Positions 1 through 9,256 of a DNA stretch of 41,182 bases are shown here, one piece after another. Origin of the DNA: Candidatus Nomurabacteria bacterium (GTDB lineage: Bacteria > Patescibacteriota > Minisyncoccia > Phycocordibacterales > UBA9973); contig JAHFNV010000003.1 in NCBI GenBank assembly GCA_023267115.1, forward strand, positions 1 to 41,182. Direction: 5' to 3'. How positions within the stretch are numbered: position 1 is the first letter of the stretch; every line of letters begins with the position of its first letter. Both the position numbers and the translations under genes were made by a program. Below the pieces are notes generated by a model. It was not told the DNA's origin. It worked only from the letters and a program-made list of their open reading frames with translations, and did not search any database.

Positions 1-703
1 TGCCGTCGGCGGTGCGAAAAGTATATCCGTCTTTATCTAAAATTACATTTTTGGTTCCATTATTTAGCATTGGCTCTATGGCTATAACCATGCCGGGCAC
101 TAACTTCGCGCCAGTTCCAGCTTTGCCAAAATTGGGAATGTATGGATCTTCGTGTATCGCTCGGCCAACACCGTGCCCGGAGAGAACTTCCACAATGCCG
201 TATTTTTCTTTATGGGAACGGACAAATTTTTCTATGGCATAACTGATGTCCCCTATTCTATTTCCAAAACAGGCCGCATTAATACCTACTTGCAATGCTT
301 GCTCCGTTACTTCCATGAGTTTTTTAGAAAAATTGCTCACGACACCCACCGACACAGTCATAGCCATATCAGTATAAAGTCCTTTGTGTTTAACACCTAA
401 GTCAATAGAAACTATGTCACCCTCTTGCAGTATTTTTTTTTCACTCGGAATGCCGTGCACCACTTCGTCATTCACTGAAACGCATAGTGTCGCCGGAAAA
501 GAAATTCCGGCTCCTTCCGGCCGATAATTCAAAAAGGCTGGCTCGTCACCCATCTCTCTAATTAATTTTTCCGCGTATCTATCTAATTCTTTAGTAGAAA
601 TTCCGGGTTTAATTATTTCTTTTGCCTTATGAAGAACTTCCGCCAACCGTCTGCCCCCCTCCCGCAGTATTTCTATTTCTTCGGGTGTTTTAATTATAAT
701 CAT
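1..703 (-). CDS. map: Methionine aminopeptidase type I (3' end runs off the window start)
   Basis: Manual minus-strand translation from the ATG at 703: MIIIKTPEEIEILREGGRRLAEVL...DIVSIDLGVKHKGLYTDMAMT...LSGHGVGRAIHEDP...VIAIEPM. This is the M24A fold. It is missing from the ORF track because it is open at the window edge. Confidence 0.9.
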   Translation of the reverse strand, partial: MIIIKTPEEIEILREGGRRLAEVLHKAKEIIKPGISTKELDRYAEKLIREMGDEPAFLNYRPEGAGISFPATLCVSVNDEVVHGIPSEKKILQEGDIVSIDLGVKHKGLYTDMAMTVSVGVVSNFSKKLMEVTEQALQVGINAACFGNRIGDISYAIEKFVRSHKEKYGIVEVLSGHGVGRAIHEDPYIPNFGKAGTGAKLVPGMVIAIEPMLNNGTKNVILDKDGYTFRTADG

Positions 704-716
704 AAAAATAAATTTT

Positions 717-929
717 TTACAAATTATTCCACTCGCTCGCAGAAATCCCTGCCTGACGCAAAATTTCAGAAAGTAAACTTTTAGAAATATCACCTTGATG
801 CGGATTCGGAATATGTAATTTTAAATTGCCTTTAATCATAAACATATGCCGACCACCAGAATACGGACCAATAAATCGAAGCTGTCGTAGGTTTTGAATA
901 AGTTTTTTAACTGAAATAGATTTAAGCAT
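717..929 (-). CDS. hicA: HicA-family toxin (mRNA interferase)
   Basis: 70 aa: KKLIQNLRQLRFIGPYSGGRHMFMIKG..HIPNPHQGDISKSLLSEILRQAGIS, a YcfA/HicA-like pattern. It overlaps the upstream hicB-like gene by 8 nt. Confidence 0.7.
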   Translation of the reverse strand: MLKSISVKKLIQNLRQLRFIGPYSGGRHMFMIKGNLKLHIPNPHQGDISKSLLSEILRQAGISASEWNNL

Positions 930-1164
930 TTTTAGCCAAGGAACGCATATCCGGAAAATGAAAACCGGGAATATTTTTATCAGACTTAATAGACAAAATT
1001 AACCAATCTTCAAGTATTTCCTGAAGTTCTTTTCTGCAGGATTCTAAAGTTTTAGCATTGGACCAAACACCCCGAACTCCCGGAATCTCGCCAAAATAAG
1101 TCTTATCCTTAAGGATTTTATACCTTGCGCCCTGAAGCCTTTTTTGAATAAAATCGGTTAACAT
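922..1164 (-). CDS. hicB: HicB-like antitoxin (UPF0150-type)
   Basis: 80 aa: YFGEIPGVRGVWSNAKTLESCRKELQEILEDWLIL is typical of small HicB antitoxins. It is coupled to hicA. Confidence 0.6.
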   Translation of the reverse strand: MLTDFIQKRLQGARYKILKDKTYFGEIPGVRGVWSNAKTLESCRKELQEILEDWLILSIKSDKNIPGFHFPDMRSLAKNA

Positions 1165-1293
1165 AACATCAGTATAACATATAAAAATAAATTCTCAAAA
1201 AATAGTAAACTTTACTTAGACGGCCGAAAAACAAAAATAAAAAGTGACAATTGTCTAAATCAAAAATCAAGATATCTTGAGTTTTTTATTTTG

Positions 1294-1587
1294 TTAATGT
1301 CCTCTAATTGCACCTACAACTATACTAATAAATAAAAGACTGGCAAAATATAGAATTAAACCTGCTATACCTAATTTTCTTTCTCTACCTTTTTCTTTAA
1401 TCAAACTAATAATGCTAAAAATAATTGGACCATACCCAATAAGTAAAGATAATGCGCGTGCTAAAAGCTGTGCACCTACTGAATGAATAGAGCCTATAAG
1501 TGGAAAATATACGATACTAATATCTCCAAGTAACCCAACAATAGCCAACAATAAACTCCCTAAACCCCAGCTAAAATATTTTCTCAT
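1294..1587 (-). CDS. Small integral membrane protein, unknown function
   Basis: 97 aa with three hydrophobic spans and no recognisable motif. Confidence 0.45.
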   Translation of the reverse strand: MRKYFSWGLGSLLLAIVGLLGDISIVYFPLIGSIHSVGAQLLARALSLLIGYGPIIFSIISLIKEKGRERKLGIAGLILYFASLLFISIVVGAIRGH

Positions 1588-1629
1588 ACTTAAGAGTATA
1601 TCATTTAAAATATTCTTTGCAAAACTTAA

Positions 1630-2310
1630 CTAAGAAATAATCGTCCCTAAAAATTTCTCGCCGTTTAGACACTTCGCCAAATTATCAATCGGCTTGCCAT
1701 TCATAATCATCACCTGCATACCTTCTTTTTCAGCCAACTCCGAAGCCACGGGGTCAAAAGGAGAATTTAGTCTTGAGATCCATTCTTTTGGGATGAGATT
1801 TTGATAATCTGTCCAAGAAATTTTTTCAATCTTTCTTGCATTTGGATTTACCTTTGGGTCAAAGTCGTAGACATAGTCAATATTGGATAAATTTATTATT
1901 TTTTTGGCACCTAAATTTTTAGCCGCCAACACTGTATCATAATCCGTACTTGAGCCTGGCTTGTAGGCAGCGCCAATTACTATCGGTTTATTAGTTGGTA
2001 GTGGTTCTTCTAAATTAAAGATTACTTTTTTGTGCGCTGTCTCTCCAAAAATTACTCTTACTAACTCAGCATTCAATTTAAGGGCAGCAATTCCTATCCA
2101 ATCTAAATCTTCGTCAGAAGGATTGGCAAGTTCTTTAGCCGCCTTGTTATAACGCCGATTAACTTCTCCGCCACCAGTAATAATCACAAATTTTTTACCC
2201 TTTTCTACATGCGCTAAAATTAACTTTTTAAAATCTTTCAAAAAATCGACGTCAATATTTTCAGGTATGATGAGTGAACCTCCGAGTGAAATTACAATTA
2301 TTTCTTCCAT
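1630..2310 (-). CDS. pyrH: Amino-acid-kinase fold UMP kinase, archaeal-type
   Basis: MEEIIVISLGGSLIIPENIDVDFLKDF...FVIITGGGEVNRRY...GSSTDYDTV. The start was moved to the internal ATG at 2310, which abuts the adk stop. Confidence 0.7.
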   Translation of the reverse strand: MEEIIVISLGGSLIIPENIDVDFLKDFKKLILAHVEKGKKFVIITGGGEVNRRYNKAAKELANPSDEDLDWIGIAALKLNAELVRVIFGETAHKKVIFNLEEPLPTNKPIVIGAAYKPGSSTDYDTVLAAKNLGAKKIINLSNIDYVYDFDPKVNPNARKIEKISWTDYQNLIPKEWISRLNSPFDPVASELAEKEGMQVMIMNGKPIDNLAKCLNGEKFLGTIIS

Positions 2311-2311
2311 A

Positions 2312-2899
2312 TTAAAAATTAAGCGCCTTAATAATATCCTGATGCACCTTCTCAATGCTCTGCTCGCCGTTGATGGTATATATTTTATAATTTTCCTTCT
2401 CTTTAAAGTAATTCATCGCCGGAACCACATTATTTACATACTCATCAAACCTTTTTGAGAGTCCAGTTTCCGTATCATCATGTCTATTTCTTAACAAATT
2501 CCTTTTCAGCGCCTCTTCACGGCTCACTTCTATATAAATTATCTTTATATTCTGGCGCTTATAAAATCGCATCATAGTTTCAAAAACCTTTGATTGCTCT
2601 ATGGTTCGTGGATACCCATCAGCTATTAAAAGTTTTTCGGAAGTTAAAGAAGAAACTAAAATATTGGCAACAATTGAGTTTGCCAGGAAATCATCAATCA
2701 ATTCTCCACGATCCACGGTATCTTTGATAAGACTTGCTGTGTAGCTACCAGATTCTATTAATTTCCTAAATCCTTCTCCCGTACCAGCATACACGGATTC
2801 TTTGCCATCTTTGGCTTTTAAAAAATCCATAAGTAGCCGTACCTGGGTTCCTTTGCCAGAACCCACTATTCCGAAAAATACGAAAGTAAGACTTTGCAT
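2312..2899 (-). CDS. adk: Adenylate kinase
   Basis: P-loop FFGIVGSGKGTQ, LIADGYPRT, and the position downstream of secY. Confidence 0.8.
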   Translation of the reverse strand: MQSLTFVFFGIVGSGKGTQVRLLMDFLKAKDGKESVYAGTGEGFRKLIESGSYTASLIKDTVDRGELIDDFLANSIVANILVSSLTSEKLLIADGYPRTIEQSKVFETMMRFYKRQNIKIIYIEVSREEALKRNLLRNRHDDTETGLSKRFDEYVNNVVPAMNYFKEKENYKIYTINGEQSIEKVHQDIIKALNF

Positions 2900-2958
2900 G
2901 GCTTAAGGATACAAAATTTAGGCTTAAAAATCAAGGCTTGGTGTGCTATATTAAGAGG

Positions 2959-3525
2959 ATGAAAAAAGAAATTATAACCATTAATGGGGGCTTGGGTAGT
3001 GGTAAATCAAGTACGGCTGACTTACTAGCTAAGAAACTTGGGTTTCAGCGTTTTTCTTCGGGTGACTTTTTTAGACAAGTTGGAGTTGATTTAGGAATCT
3101 CGGTCAACGAGCTTAATAAAAGAGCCGAGACTGACCCAGAAATTGATAAAATGACAGATGAAAAACTAAGAGGGTTAAGAAATGCCAAAAAAGTTGTCAT
3201 TGATTCCCGCACAGCCTATCATTGGATACCAGAATCTTTCAAGGTGTACCTAGATCTTCCTCCGAAAATGGCCAAGGGAAGAATATTGAATAATTTAAAA
3301 GATAATGCATTGCGCCGAAAAAGTGAAAACTCGTCTGATTCTAAACAAATTTACAAAAAAATGGAAGAGCGCTTAGAAAGCGAACAAAAAAGATATTGGG
3401 ATCTGTATAAAATAAATAATACTAAAAAAGATCAGTATGATTTAGTGATTGATACAAACAAAAACAACCTGGAGCAGGTCGTCGATATAGTAATTTCGGA
3501 ATACAAACAATGGATAAAAGGCTAA
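2959..3525 (+). CDS. Cytidylate kinase-like P-loop nucleotide kinase
   Basis: ITINGGLGSGKSSTADLLAKKLGF..FSSGDFFR. The ATG at 2959 is preceded by AAGAGG. Confidence 0.65.
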   Translation: MKKEIITINGGLGSGKSSTADLLAKKLGFQRFSSGDFFRQVGVDLGISVNELNKRAETDPEIDKMTDEKLRGLRNAKKVVIDSRTAYHWIPESFKVYLDLPPKMAKGRILNNLKDNALRRKSENSSDSKQIYKKMEERLESEQKRYWDLYKINNTKKDQYDLVIDTNKNNLEQVVDIVISEYKQWIKG

Positions 3526-3614
3526 TGTTGTTATTTGTAGCATATGCGTAGTTTCACAACAACAAAGATATTGTGTTTAACTAAAAAGGGGCGCTTGAAA
3601 ATTAAAAACTAAAA

Positions 3615-4901
3615 CTAATACTCCCGCATGGAAATCTGGGCATCGATTTTTTTGATCAGATCCAACACTACGGAAACGACGATCAGGAGAGCGGTGCCGC
3701 CGAGGGCGATATCGGTAATATCGGTAGCCGCCCGCATAATTAAAGGCAAAACAGCAATAAACCCAAGGAAGATTGCTCCCAGCATGGTTATGCGACTGAG
3801 AACTTTTGAAATATAGTCAGAGGTTGATGCCCCCGGACGAATGCCGGGAATAAAAGCGCCATTTTTTTGTAAATTAGTGGCAAGCGCTTCCGGATCAAAA
3901 GTGACTGCGGTGTAGAAATAAGTAAAAAGGAAAACTAAGATAAAATAAAGCGTGGCGTAAAGCCAAGAGGTTGGCGAAAATGAAACTAGGATTTGAGATA
4001 TTTTAACTAAAATGGGATGAGCGAATCTGGACAAAAAAACACCGATCATTTGCGGAAAAAATAAAATGGAAAGGGCAAAAATTATCGGGATAACTCCGGC
4101 TTGATTTACCCGCAGGGGCAAATAAGTTGATCCGCCACCATACATTTTCATCCCCCGCACCCGTTTGGCATAAGTAACTGGTATTGGACGCTCGGCTTCA
4201 GTCACCACCACCACCCCGGCAATAATCAGTACACCAGCGACTACAAATCCTAACAGAAGCGGCAACACGCTTGGGTCAAATGTCGGATAAATATATTTAA
4301 AAATAAGCTGACTAATTTCGGCTGGTAATCTGGAAACAATACCGGCGAAAATCAAAAGGGAGACGCCATTTCCAATACCGAATTCAGACATCAATTCGCC
4401 GATCCACATCAACAGCATCGCCCCGGCAATAACAATAATTAAATTGATGATCCTGTCAAAAGCCGTCAAATTTACCAAAATATTCTGACGCTCCAAAATA
4501 GCCAAAAGACTGAAGCCTTGAATCGCCGCCAATGGAATAGTCAGCAATCTAGAATATTGGGTAAACTTTTTTCGGCCAGCCTCACCTTCTTCATGATAAA
4601 TTTTCTTTAGAGCCGGAATCATGATGGTTAAAAGCTGCATAATGATCGAAGAGGTGATATACGGCCCAACACCCAGCATGATGATGGAAAGATTGGAAAG
4701 TCCACCACCAGAAAATATATTCAGGAAGCCAAAAAACTGGTTGTTGACTAGAAAACGATTCAGTTCTTGAGTATCAATGCCCGGAATAGGAATAGCTGCC
4801 AGCAATCTGAAAACCATCAGGGCCACAAGTACGAATAAAACCTTGCGTCGCAAGTTTTTATCTGTCCAGATTAATTTTATTTTACTCCAAAAGTTTTGCA
4901 T
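3615..4901 (-). CDS. secY: Preprotein translocase subunit SecY
   Basis: 428 aa, about 10 TM spans, GIDTQ.. / GGG..SIIMLGVGPYITSSII, in operon context. Confidence 0.95.
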   Translation of the reverse strand: MQNFWSKIKLIWTDKNLRRKVLFVLVALMVFRLLAAIPIPGIDTQELNRFLVNNQFFGFLNIFSGGGLSNLSIIMLGVGPYITSSIIMQLLTIMIPALKKIYHEEGEAGRKKFTQYSRLLTIPLAAIQGFSLLAILERQNILVNLTAFDRIINLIIVIAGAMLLMWIGELMSEFGIGNGVSLLIFAGIVSRLPAEISQLIFKYIYPTFDPSVLPLLLGFVVAGVLIIAGVVVVTEAERPIPVTYAKRVRGMKMYGGGSTYLPLRVNQAGVIPIIFALSILFFPQMIGVFLSRFAHPILVKISQILVSFSPTSWLYATLYFILVFLFTYFYTAVTFDPEALATNLQKNGAFIPGIRPGASTSDYISKVLSRITMLGAIFLGFIAVLPLIMRAATDITDIALGGTALLIVVSVVLDLIKKIDAQISMREY

Positions 4902-4926
4902 GTTACTTTATGAACTTTTCAACTTT

Positions 4927-5238
4927 CTACTTTATAACTATCTTCCCTCCTTTAATCCTTAAACGTCGGCGAACCTCAGCAAAAGATTCTGGTTTGCCAA
5001 CTTGAACAAGAATCTTGTCTTTACTCAATACAACACTCTGACGAATAGACTTGAATTGATAACCGCGCTTTTTAGGCAACTTCTTAATAATATCACGAAG
5101 CTCTGGACGACGTTTGTTGCCGGCCCGAGCAGTCTGCCCTTTGCCTCCCCGTCCAGAAGTTTTGGCATGTTTTCCCCCCCGACCGACTATCCGATCTTTT
5201 TTATTTTTATGTTTTCTTTTTAAGTTGTGGATTTGCAT
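4927..5238 (-). CDS. rplO: 50S ribosomal protein L15 (short form)
   Basis: GRGGKHAKTSGRGGKGQTARAG..LPKKRGY. It directly follows rpsE, with no rpmD in between. Confidence 0.85.
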   Translation of the reverse strand: MQIHNLKRKHKNKKDRIVGRGGKHAKTSGRGGKGQTARAGNKRRPELRDIIKKLPKKRGYQFKSIRQSVVLSKDKILVQVGKPESFAEVRRRLRIKGGKIVIK

Positions 5239-5244
5239 CTTTGT

Positions 5245-5811
5245 TTAATTAAAAGTTTTTACCGACTCCAACTTTTCTTTGTTAGCGACCGCAACGGTTT
5301 CCGGAATTGGTTTAGTATATTTTGAAGAAATAGAAGCAAGAGCCGTCATAACCGCCTTGGCATTATTTAATTTATTTTTACTGCTGGATAAAACTTTACC
5401 GGTAACATCTTTCATACCGGCTAATTTTATAATGTCGCGAACAACCGAACCGGCCACCAGGCCATGACCTTTATTGGGATCAAGTGTTACCCGCGAACTG
5501 GAAAATTTTGCTTCCACTGCATAAGGAATAGACATGGTTTTGGTAAGTTTTAATCGAATCATATGCTTCTTAGCATTTCTTAAAGCTTTACTGATGGCAA
5601 GAGAGGTGTCGCCCGCCTTACCCAAACCCAAACCCACTGCGCCTTTTTTATCTCCCGCTACCAATGCTACACTGAAAGAAAATCGGCGTCCGCCGGCCAC
5701 CACTCGGGTAACACGACGAATATCCACGATCTTCTGATCAAACTCCGGTCTTGGTTTATCGAAAGGCAAGGATCGGCGATGGTCATTCTTTTTTTTATTT
5801 CTTTTCTCCAT
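5245..5811 (-). CDS. rpsE: 30S ribosomal protein S5
   Basis: IVDIRRVTRVVAGGRRFSFSVALVAGDKKGAVGLGLGKA. The internal ATG at 5811 was chosen to avoid overlap with rplR. Confidence 0.9.
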   Translation of the reverse strand: MEKRNKKKNDHRRSLPFDKPRPEFDQKIVDIRRVTRVVAGGRRFSFSVALVAGDKKGAVGLGLGKAGDTSLAISKALRNAKKHMIRLKLTKTMSIPYAVEAKFSSSRVTLDPNKGHGLVAGSVVRDIIKLAGMKDVTGKVLSSSKNKLNNAKAVMTALASISSKYTKPIPETVAVANKEKLESVKTFN

Positions 5812-5821
5812 TTTAATATAT

Positions 5822-6163
5822 TTAAAGTTTGAGCCCTTCAGCCCGGGCAATATCGGCCACTAATTTTATGCGCCCGGTGTATTTAAATCCATTTCGATCA
5901 AAAACAACTTTGACAATTTTTAATTTCTGGCAAATATTGGCGATCATTTGGCCAACTTGCTTGGCTCTTTCGCTTTTAGTGCCTTTTTTTATCTTAACAT
6001 CATTCGCTTGAGCCAAAGTTTTTCCGGTCAAGTCATCAATAACTTGCGCGTAAATAAATTTATTGGAACGGAAAACGGAAAGCCTGGGACGGGCTGAGGT
6101 ACCTAGAATCTTTGCTCTAATTTTTTTCTTCAATCTTATTCTTTTGTCTTCTTTATTTTTCAT
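5822..6163 (-). CDS. rplR: 50S ribosomal protein L18
   Basis: RPRLSVFRSNKFIYAQVIDD...VVFDRNGFKYTGRIKLVADIARAEGL. Confidence 0.93.
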   Translation of the reverse strand: MKNKEDKRIRLKKKIRAKILGTSARPRLSVFRSNKFIYAQVIDDLTGKTLAQANDVKIKKGTKSERAKQVGQMIANICQKLKIVKVVFDRNGFKYTGRIKLVADIARAEGLKL

Positions 6164-6184
6164 ATTTACTATTGATCGGTGATG

Positions 6185-6754
6185 CTACACGGTTTTCTTG
6201 CCTTGCTTCCGCCTGATAATTTCACCTTCATAATGAATCCCTTTGCCTTTATACGGCTCCGGCGACTTTAGCGCGCGAATAGCTGCGGTAAAATTTCCGA
6301 CTGACTCTTTGTCAATACCGGTAACAAAAATATTATTTTTCTCGGCGGTAACTGTAATACCCTCTGGTATTTTAACAATAACCGGATGAGAAAAACCTAA
6401 GGCGAAATTTAGTTCTTTACTTCCGTCCGACACACTGGCCGAAGCATTGTGAGCAGATTTAATCTCTGCCTTGAATCCAATTCCTTCTAATATTAATTTC
6501 TTCACATATGGAGTTTCTACACCCTTAATCATGTTTTTTATATGCGAAGCATAAGCGCCCCAAAGAGATTTTGATGCTTTATCATTTCTTTTTATATTCA
6601 AAACAACCGTTTTATCAGTAATTTTTATTTCAATATCGTCTTTGAAAGTTTTATGGAGAATACCCTTCGGGCCTTTAACCGTCAAAACAGCGCCGTTTTT
6701 AATGACTTCTACTCCCGCCGGTATTTGTATTTGTTGTTTGCCAATTCTACTCAT
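6185..6754 (-). CDS. rplF: 50S ribosomal protein L6
   Basis: MSRIGKQQIQIPAGVEV...LTVKGPKG...EPYKGKGIHYEGE. Confidence 0.93.
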   Translation of the reverse strand: MSRIGKQQIQIPAGVEVIKNGAVLTVKGPKGILHKTFKDDIEIKITDKTVVLNIKRNDKASKSLWGAYASHIKNMIKGVETPYVKKLILEGIGFKAEIKSAHNASASVSDGSKELNFALGFSHPVIVKIPEGITVTAEKNNIFVTGIDKESVGNFTAAIRALKSPEPYKGKGIHYEGEIIRRKQGKKTV

Positions 6755-6763
6755 TTTTTTTCT

Positions 6764-7150
6764 TTACCAAATTTTAAATAACGCTTCGCCTCCGACCTGT
6801 TCCTTTTTTGCTTCTTTGCCCCCTAAGATTCCTTTAGGTGTTGAGAGTACTAAAAGCCCGAACCCATTTCTAACGGGGTGAATATCTTTGACTCCAAAAT
6901 AAACTCGACGGGATTGTTTGGAAATTCTTTCAATGTGGGAAATTTTTGGATTCTTGTCTATATAAACTAATGACAGTTTCAATATTGGTCGATCTTTTTT
7001 GGTTTTTTGAGAAACATCGGAAATGTAGCCTTCTTTCTTCAGACATTGGCCAATGGCATTTTTTATTTTAGAATACGGAACAGTGACGGTAGTTTTACCA
7101 GCCAGTCCGGCATTCTTCAGCATTATTATCATGTTTGAAATTGGATCCAT
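6764..7150 (-). CDS. rpsH: 30S ribosomal protein S8
   Basis: DPISNMIIMLKNA...GGEALFKIW. Confidence 0.93.
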   Translation of the reverse strand: MDPISNMIIMLKNAGLAGKTTVTVPYSKIKNAIGQCLKKEGYISDVSQKTKKDRPILKLSLVYIDKNPKISHIERISKQSRRVYFGVKDIHPVRNGFGLLVLSTPKGILGGKEAKKEQVGGEALFKIW

Positions 7151-7158
7151 ATCCTTTC

Positions 7159-7344
7159 TTACCAGCTTGATTTTCTCACCCCTGGCAATTTTCCTTCATT
7201 AGCTAATTCTCTAAAACAAATACGGCAGACGCCAAAATCGCGCATAAAAGCATTGCCTCGTCCGCAACGAAAGCAGCGGTTTTTCCGCCGAGTACTAAAT
7301 TTCGCTTTCTTTTTGCTTCGGGCGATAACTGATGTTTTAGCCAT
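7159..7344 (-). CDS. rpsN: 30S ribosomal protein S14, zinc-binding type Z
   Basis: 61 aa with CFRCGR...CRICFRE (CxxC...CxxC) and C-terminal KSSW. Confidence 0.92.
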   Translation of the reverse strand: MAKTSVIARSKKKAKFSTRRKNRCFRCGRGNAFMRDFGVCRICFRELANEGKLPGVRKSSW

Positions 7345-7548
7345 AATAATTAGTTTCTAGGAACAAGTAGTTAATGGCCAGAACCCAGCCACTATAGCCT
7401 AATTTGACAATATCACACTCTTTTCCTTACTGCCTCAAGTTGATTGAGAAAATAAGGAGAAAAATGGATTAATCAAAACTGTATTCCCTTGCTTTTGATA
7501 GTAGCAAATAAAGAGTCGGGAGTCAAATAAATAATAGCTGAAGTTGTT

Positions 7549-8106
7549 TTATTTCCCTTCCTCTTTCTTAAAAGGAATTCCCAAAAGCTCAAAGAGGGCT
7601 GTGCCTTCTTTTTTGTTTTTTGCGCTTGAAACCAGAGTTATAGACAAGCCAAAAACATCTTTGATGTCTTCATCGGCCGTTTCCGGAAAAATAGTATGCT
7701 CCTTGATGCCAAGGGTAAGGTTACCGATATTGTCCACGGCGCCACGAGAAATACCGCGAAAATCTTTAGTGCGAGGCAAGGCGACATTTATTAGCTTCTC
7801 CAAAAATGCGTACATTCTTTTGCCACGCAAAGTTACTACCACACCTATCGGATCGCCTTGGCGAATTTTGAAAGAAGCGATGGACTGCTTGGCGCCTCGA
7901 AAAGCCCCTTTTTGGCCAGTGATTTTTGCCAAACGCAAAGAGATGGCATCGTTTTTGTTTTTGTCCTTCTTTACCGCTGTGCCAGTGCCTACATTCAACA
8001 CAACTTTGGTCATCTTCGGCGTAGCCATCGCGTTTTTGTAACTGAAAACATTTTTCAGTTTTTCAAACGCCATTGTTTCTTTTTCTTTTACTGTTGAATG
8101 TTTCAT
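7549..8106 (-). CDS. rplE: 50S ribosomal protein L5
   Basis: PKMTKVVLNVGTG...FRGAKQSIASFKIRQGDPIGVVVTLRG..MYAFLEKL. The true start could be the internal Met12. Confidence 0.9.
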   Translation of the reverse strand: MKHSTVKEKETMAFEKLKNVFSYKNAMATPKMTKVVLNVGTGTAVKKDKNKNDAISLRLAKITGQKGAFRGAKQSIASFKIRQGDPIGVVVTLRGKRMYAFLEKLINVALPRTKDFRGISRGAVDNIGNLTLGIKEHTIFPETADEDIKDVFGLSITLVSSAKNKKEGTALFELLGIPFKKEEGK

Positions 8107-8120
8107 AAAATTGTTCTATA

Positions 8121-8339
8121 TTAATCAACTTTTTTAACATTTGAAGCGTGGATCGGCATGGCAACACTGACGACACTTCCCTTTTCGTTACTCTTTTTCG
8201 GACGCTGATGTTTCTTCATAAGATTAGCTCCTTCGACTATAACTTTATTTTGCCGAATCAAAACACGAGCAATCTTCCCTTTTTTGCCCCTATCTTTGCC
8301 CGTTATGATTACGATATTGTCTCCTTTTTTGATTTTCAT
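8121..8339 (-). CDS. rplX: 50S ribosomal protein L24 (short, KOW)
   Basis: MKIKKGDNIVIITGKDRGKKGKI. Confidence 0.88.
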   Translation of the reverse strand: MKIKKGDNIVIITGKDRGKKGKIARVLIRQNKVIVEGANLMKKHQRPKKSNEKGSVVSVAMPIHASNVKKVD

Positions 8340-8367
8340 AATTATAAATTATAAAGTAATGATGAAT

Positions 8368-8739
8368 TTAAATGACTTCCTGCGCCAGTGAAATTATTTT
8401 TTGAAAACCTTTTTCCTGAAGCTCTTTGGGAATCGGCCCGAAAATTCGCCCAGCCTTCGGATCAAGCTTGTCTTTCTCCAGTATCACCACCGCATTATCA
8501 TCAAAACGTATATAGGATCCGTCTTTTCTTCTGTGCGCATTCCTAGTCCGAACAACCACAGCCTGATGCACATCTTTCTTTTTGACGCTCTTGCGCGGAC
8601 TGGCAACTTTGACTGAGATAACCACCAACTCACCCAAACCGGCATATCTCTTTTTTGAGGACCCCAAAATTTTAAACACTTTGCCCACAGTGCCTCCAGT
8701 ATTATCCGTTATTTTTACTAAACTGCCATCTTGAATCAT
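8368..8739 (-). CDS. rplN: 50S ribosomal protein L14
   Basis: MIQDGSLVKITDNTG...AVVVRTR...IRFDDNAVVIL. Confidence 0.95.
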   Translation of the reverse strand: MIQDGSLVKITDNTGGTVGKVFKILGSSKKRYAGLGELVVISVKVASPRKSVKKKDVHQAVVVRTRNAHRRKDGSYIRFDDNAVVILEKDKLDPKAGRIFGPIPKELQEKGFQKIISLAQEVI

Positions 8740-8758
8740 AAAAATTCTTTATAACTTT

Positions 8759-9046
8759 CTATTTAATAACTTTAAACGTCTTGTCTTTTGAGATAGGCCT
8801 AGTTTCAACTATTTCCACCCTATCTCCTATTTTATATTTATTTTCTTCGTCGTGCGCTTTGTACTTCTTGCTAACCTTATAAAATTTCCCATAAAGTGGA
8901 TATTTAATGAATCGCGAAACGGAAACAACGACGGTTTTATCCATCTTGTCTTTTATCACTACCCCGCTTAATATTCTTCCCGTCGAAACCAAGGATTTGG
9001 CTGATAAGCCCTTTTTATTTTTGTTTTGCATTTTGTTTTCGCTCAT
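8759..9046 (-). CDS. rpsQ: 30S ribosomal protein S17
   Basis: [16 protein letters not shown]...[27 protein letters not shown]. It overlaps the rpmC 3' end. Confidence 0.9.
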   Translation of the reverse strand: MSENKMQNKNKKGLSAKSLVSTGRILSGVVIKDKMDKTVVVSVSRFIKYPLYGKFYKVSKKYKAHDEENKYKIGDRVEIVETRPISKDKTFKVIK

Positions 9047-9227
9047 TCATAAATGTTAAAATCTTGGCAACTTGTTTTCTTAAACTGGCCGACTCTTTGA
9101 CATTCTTTGATTTAGAACCTTCGGCTTTAAATCGTATGACGCCGATTTTTTCGCGCAATTCAGCCAGTTTTTTCTTAAGCTCATCCGACTTCATGTTTTT
9201 TAAATTTTCTTTTGTATTTTTTGACAT
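9015..9227 (-). CDS. rpmC: 50S ribosomal protein L29
   Basis: 70 aa: [18 protein letters not shown], in operon position. Confidence 0.85.
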   Translation of the reverse strand: MSKNTKENLKNMKSDELKKKLAELREKIGVIRFKAEGSKSKNVKESASLRKQVAKILTFMNERKQNAKQK

Positions 9228-9256
9228 ATTTTTTTAGTAGTTTTTTAATAGTCGGA

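Noticed and set aside
7544-8041. Long plus-strand ORFs antisense to ribosomal and elongation-factor genes (for example 7544-8041, 13217-13753, 14772-15374, 17803-18135, 18886-19350, 38259-38546)
   Set aside because: Each lies entirely within a strongly supported minus-strand gene. Their translations are low-complexity antisense artefacts.
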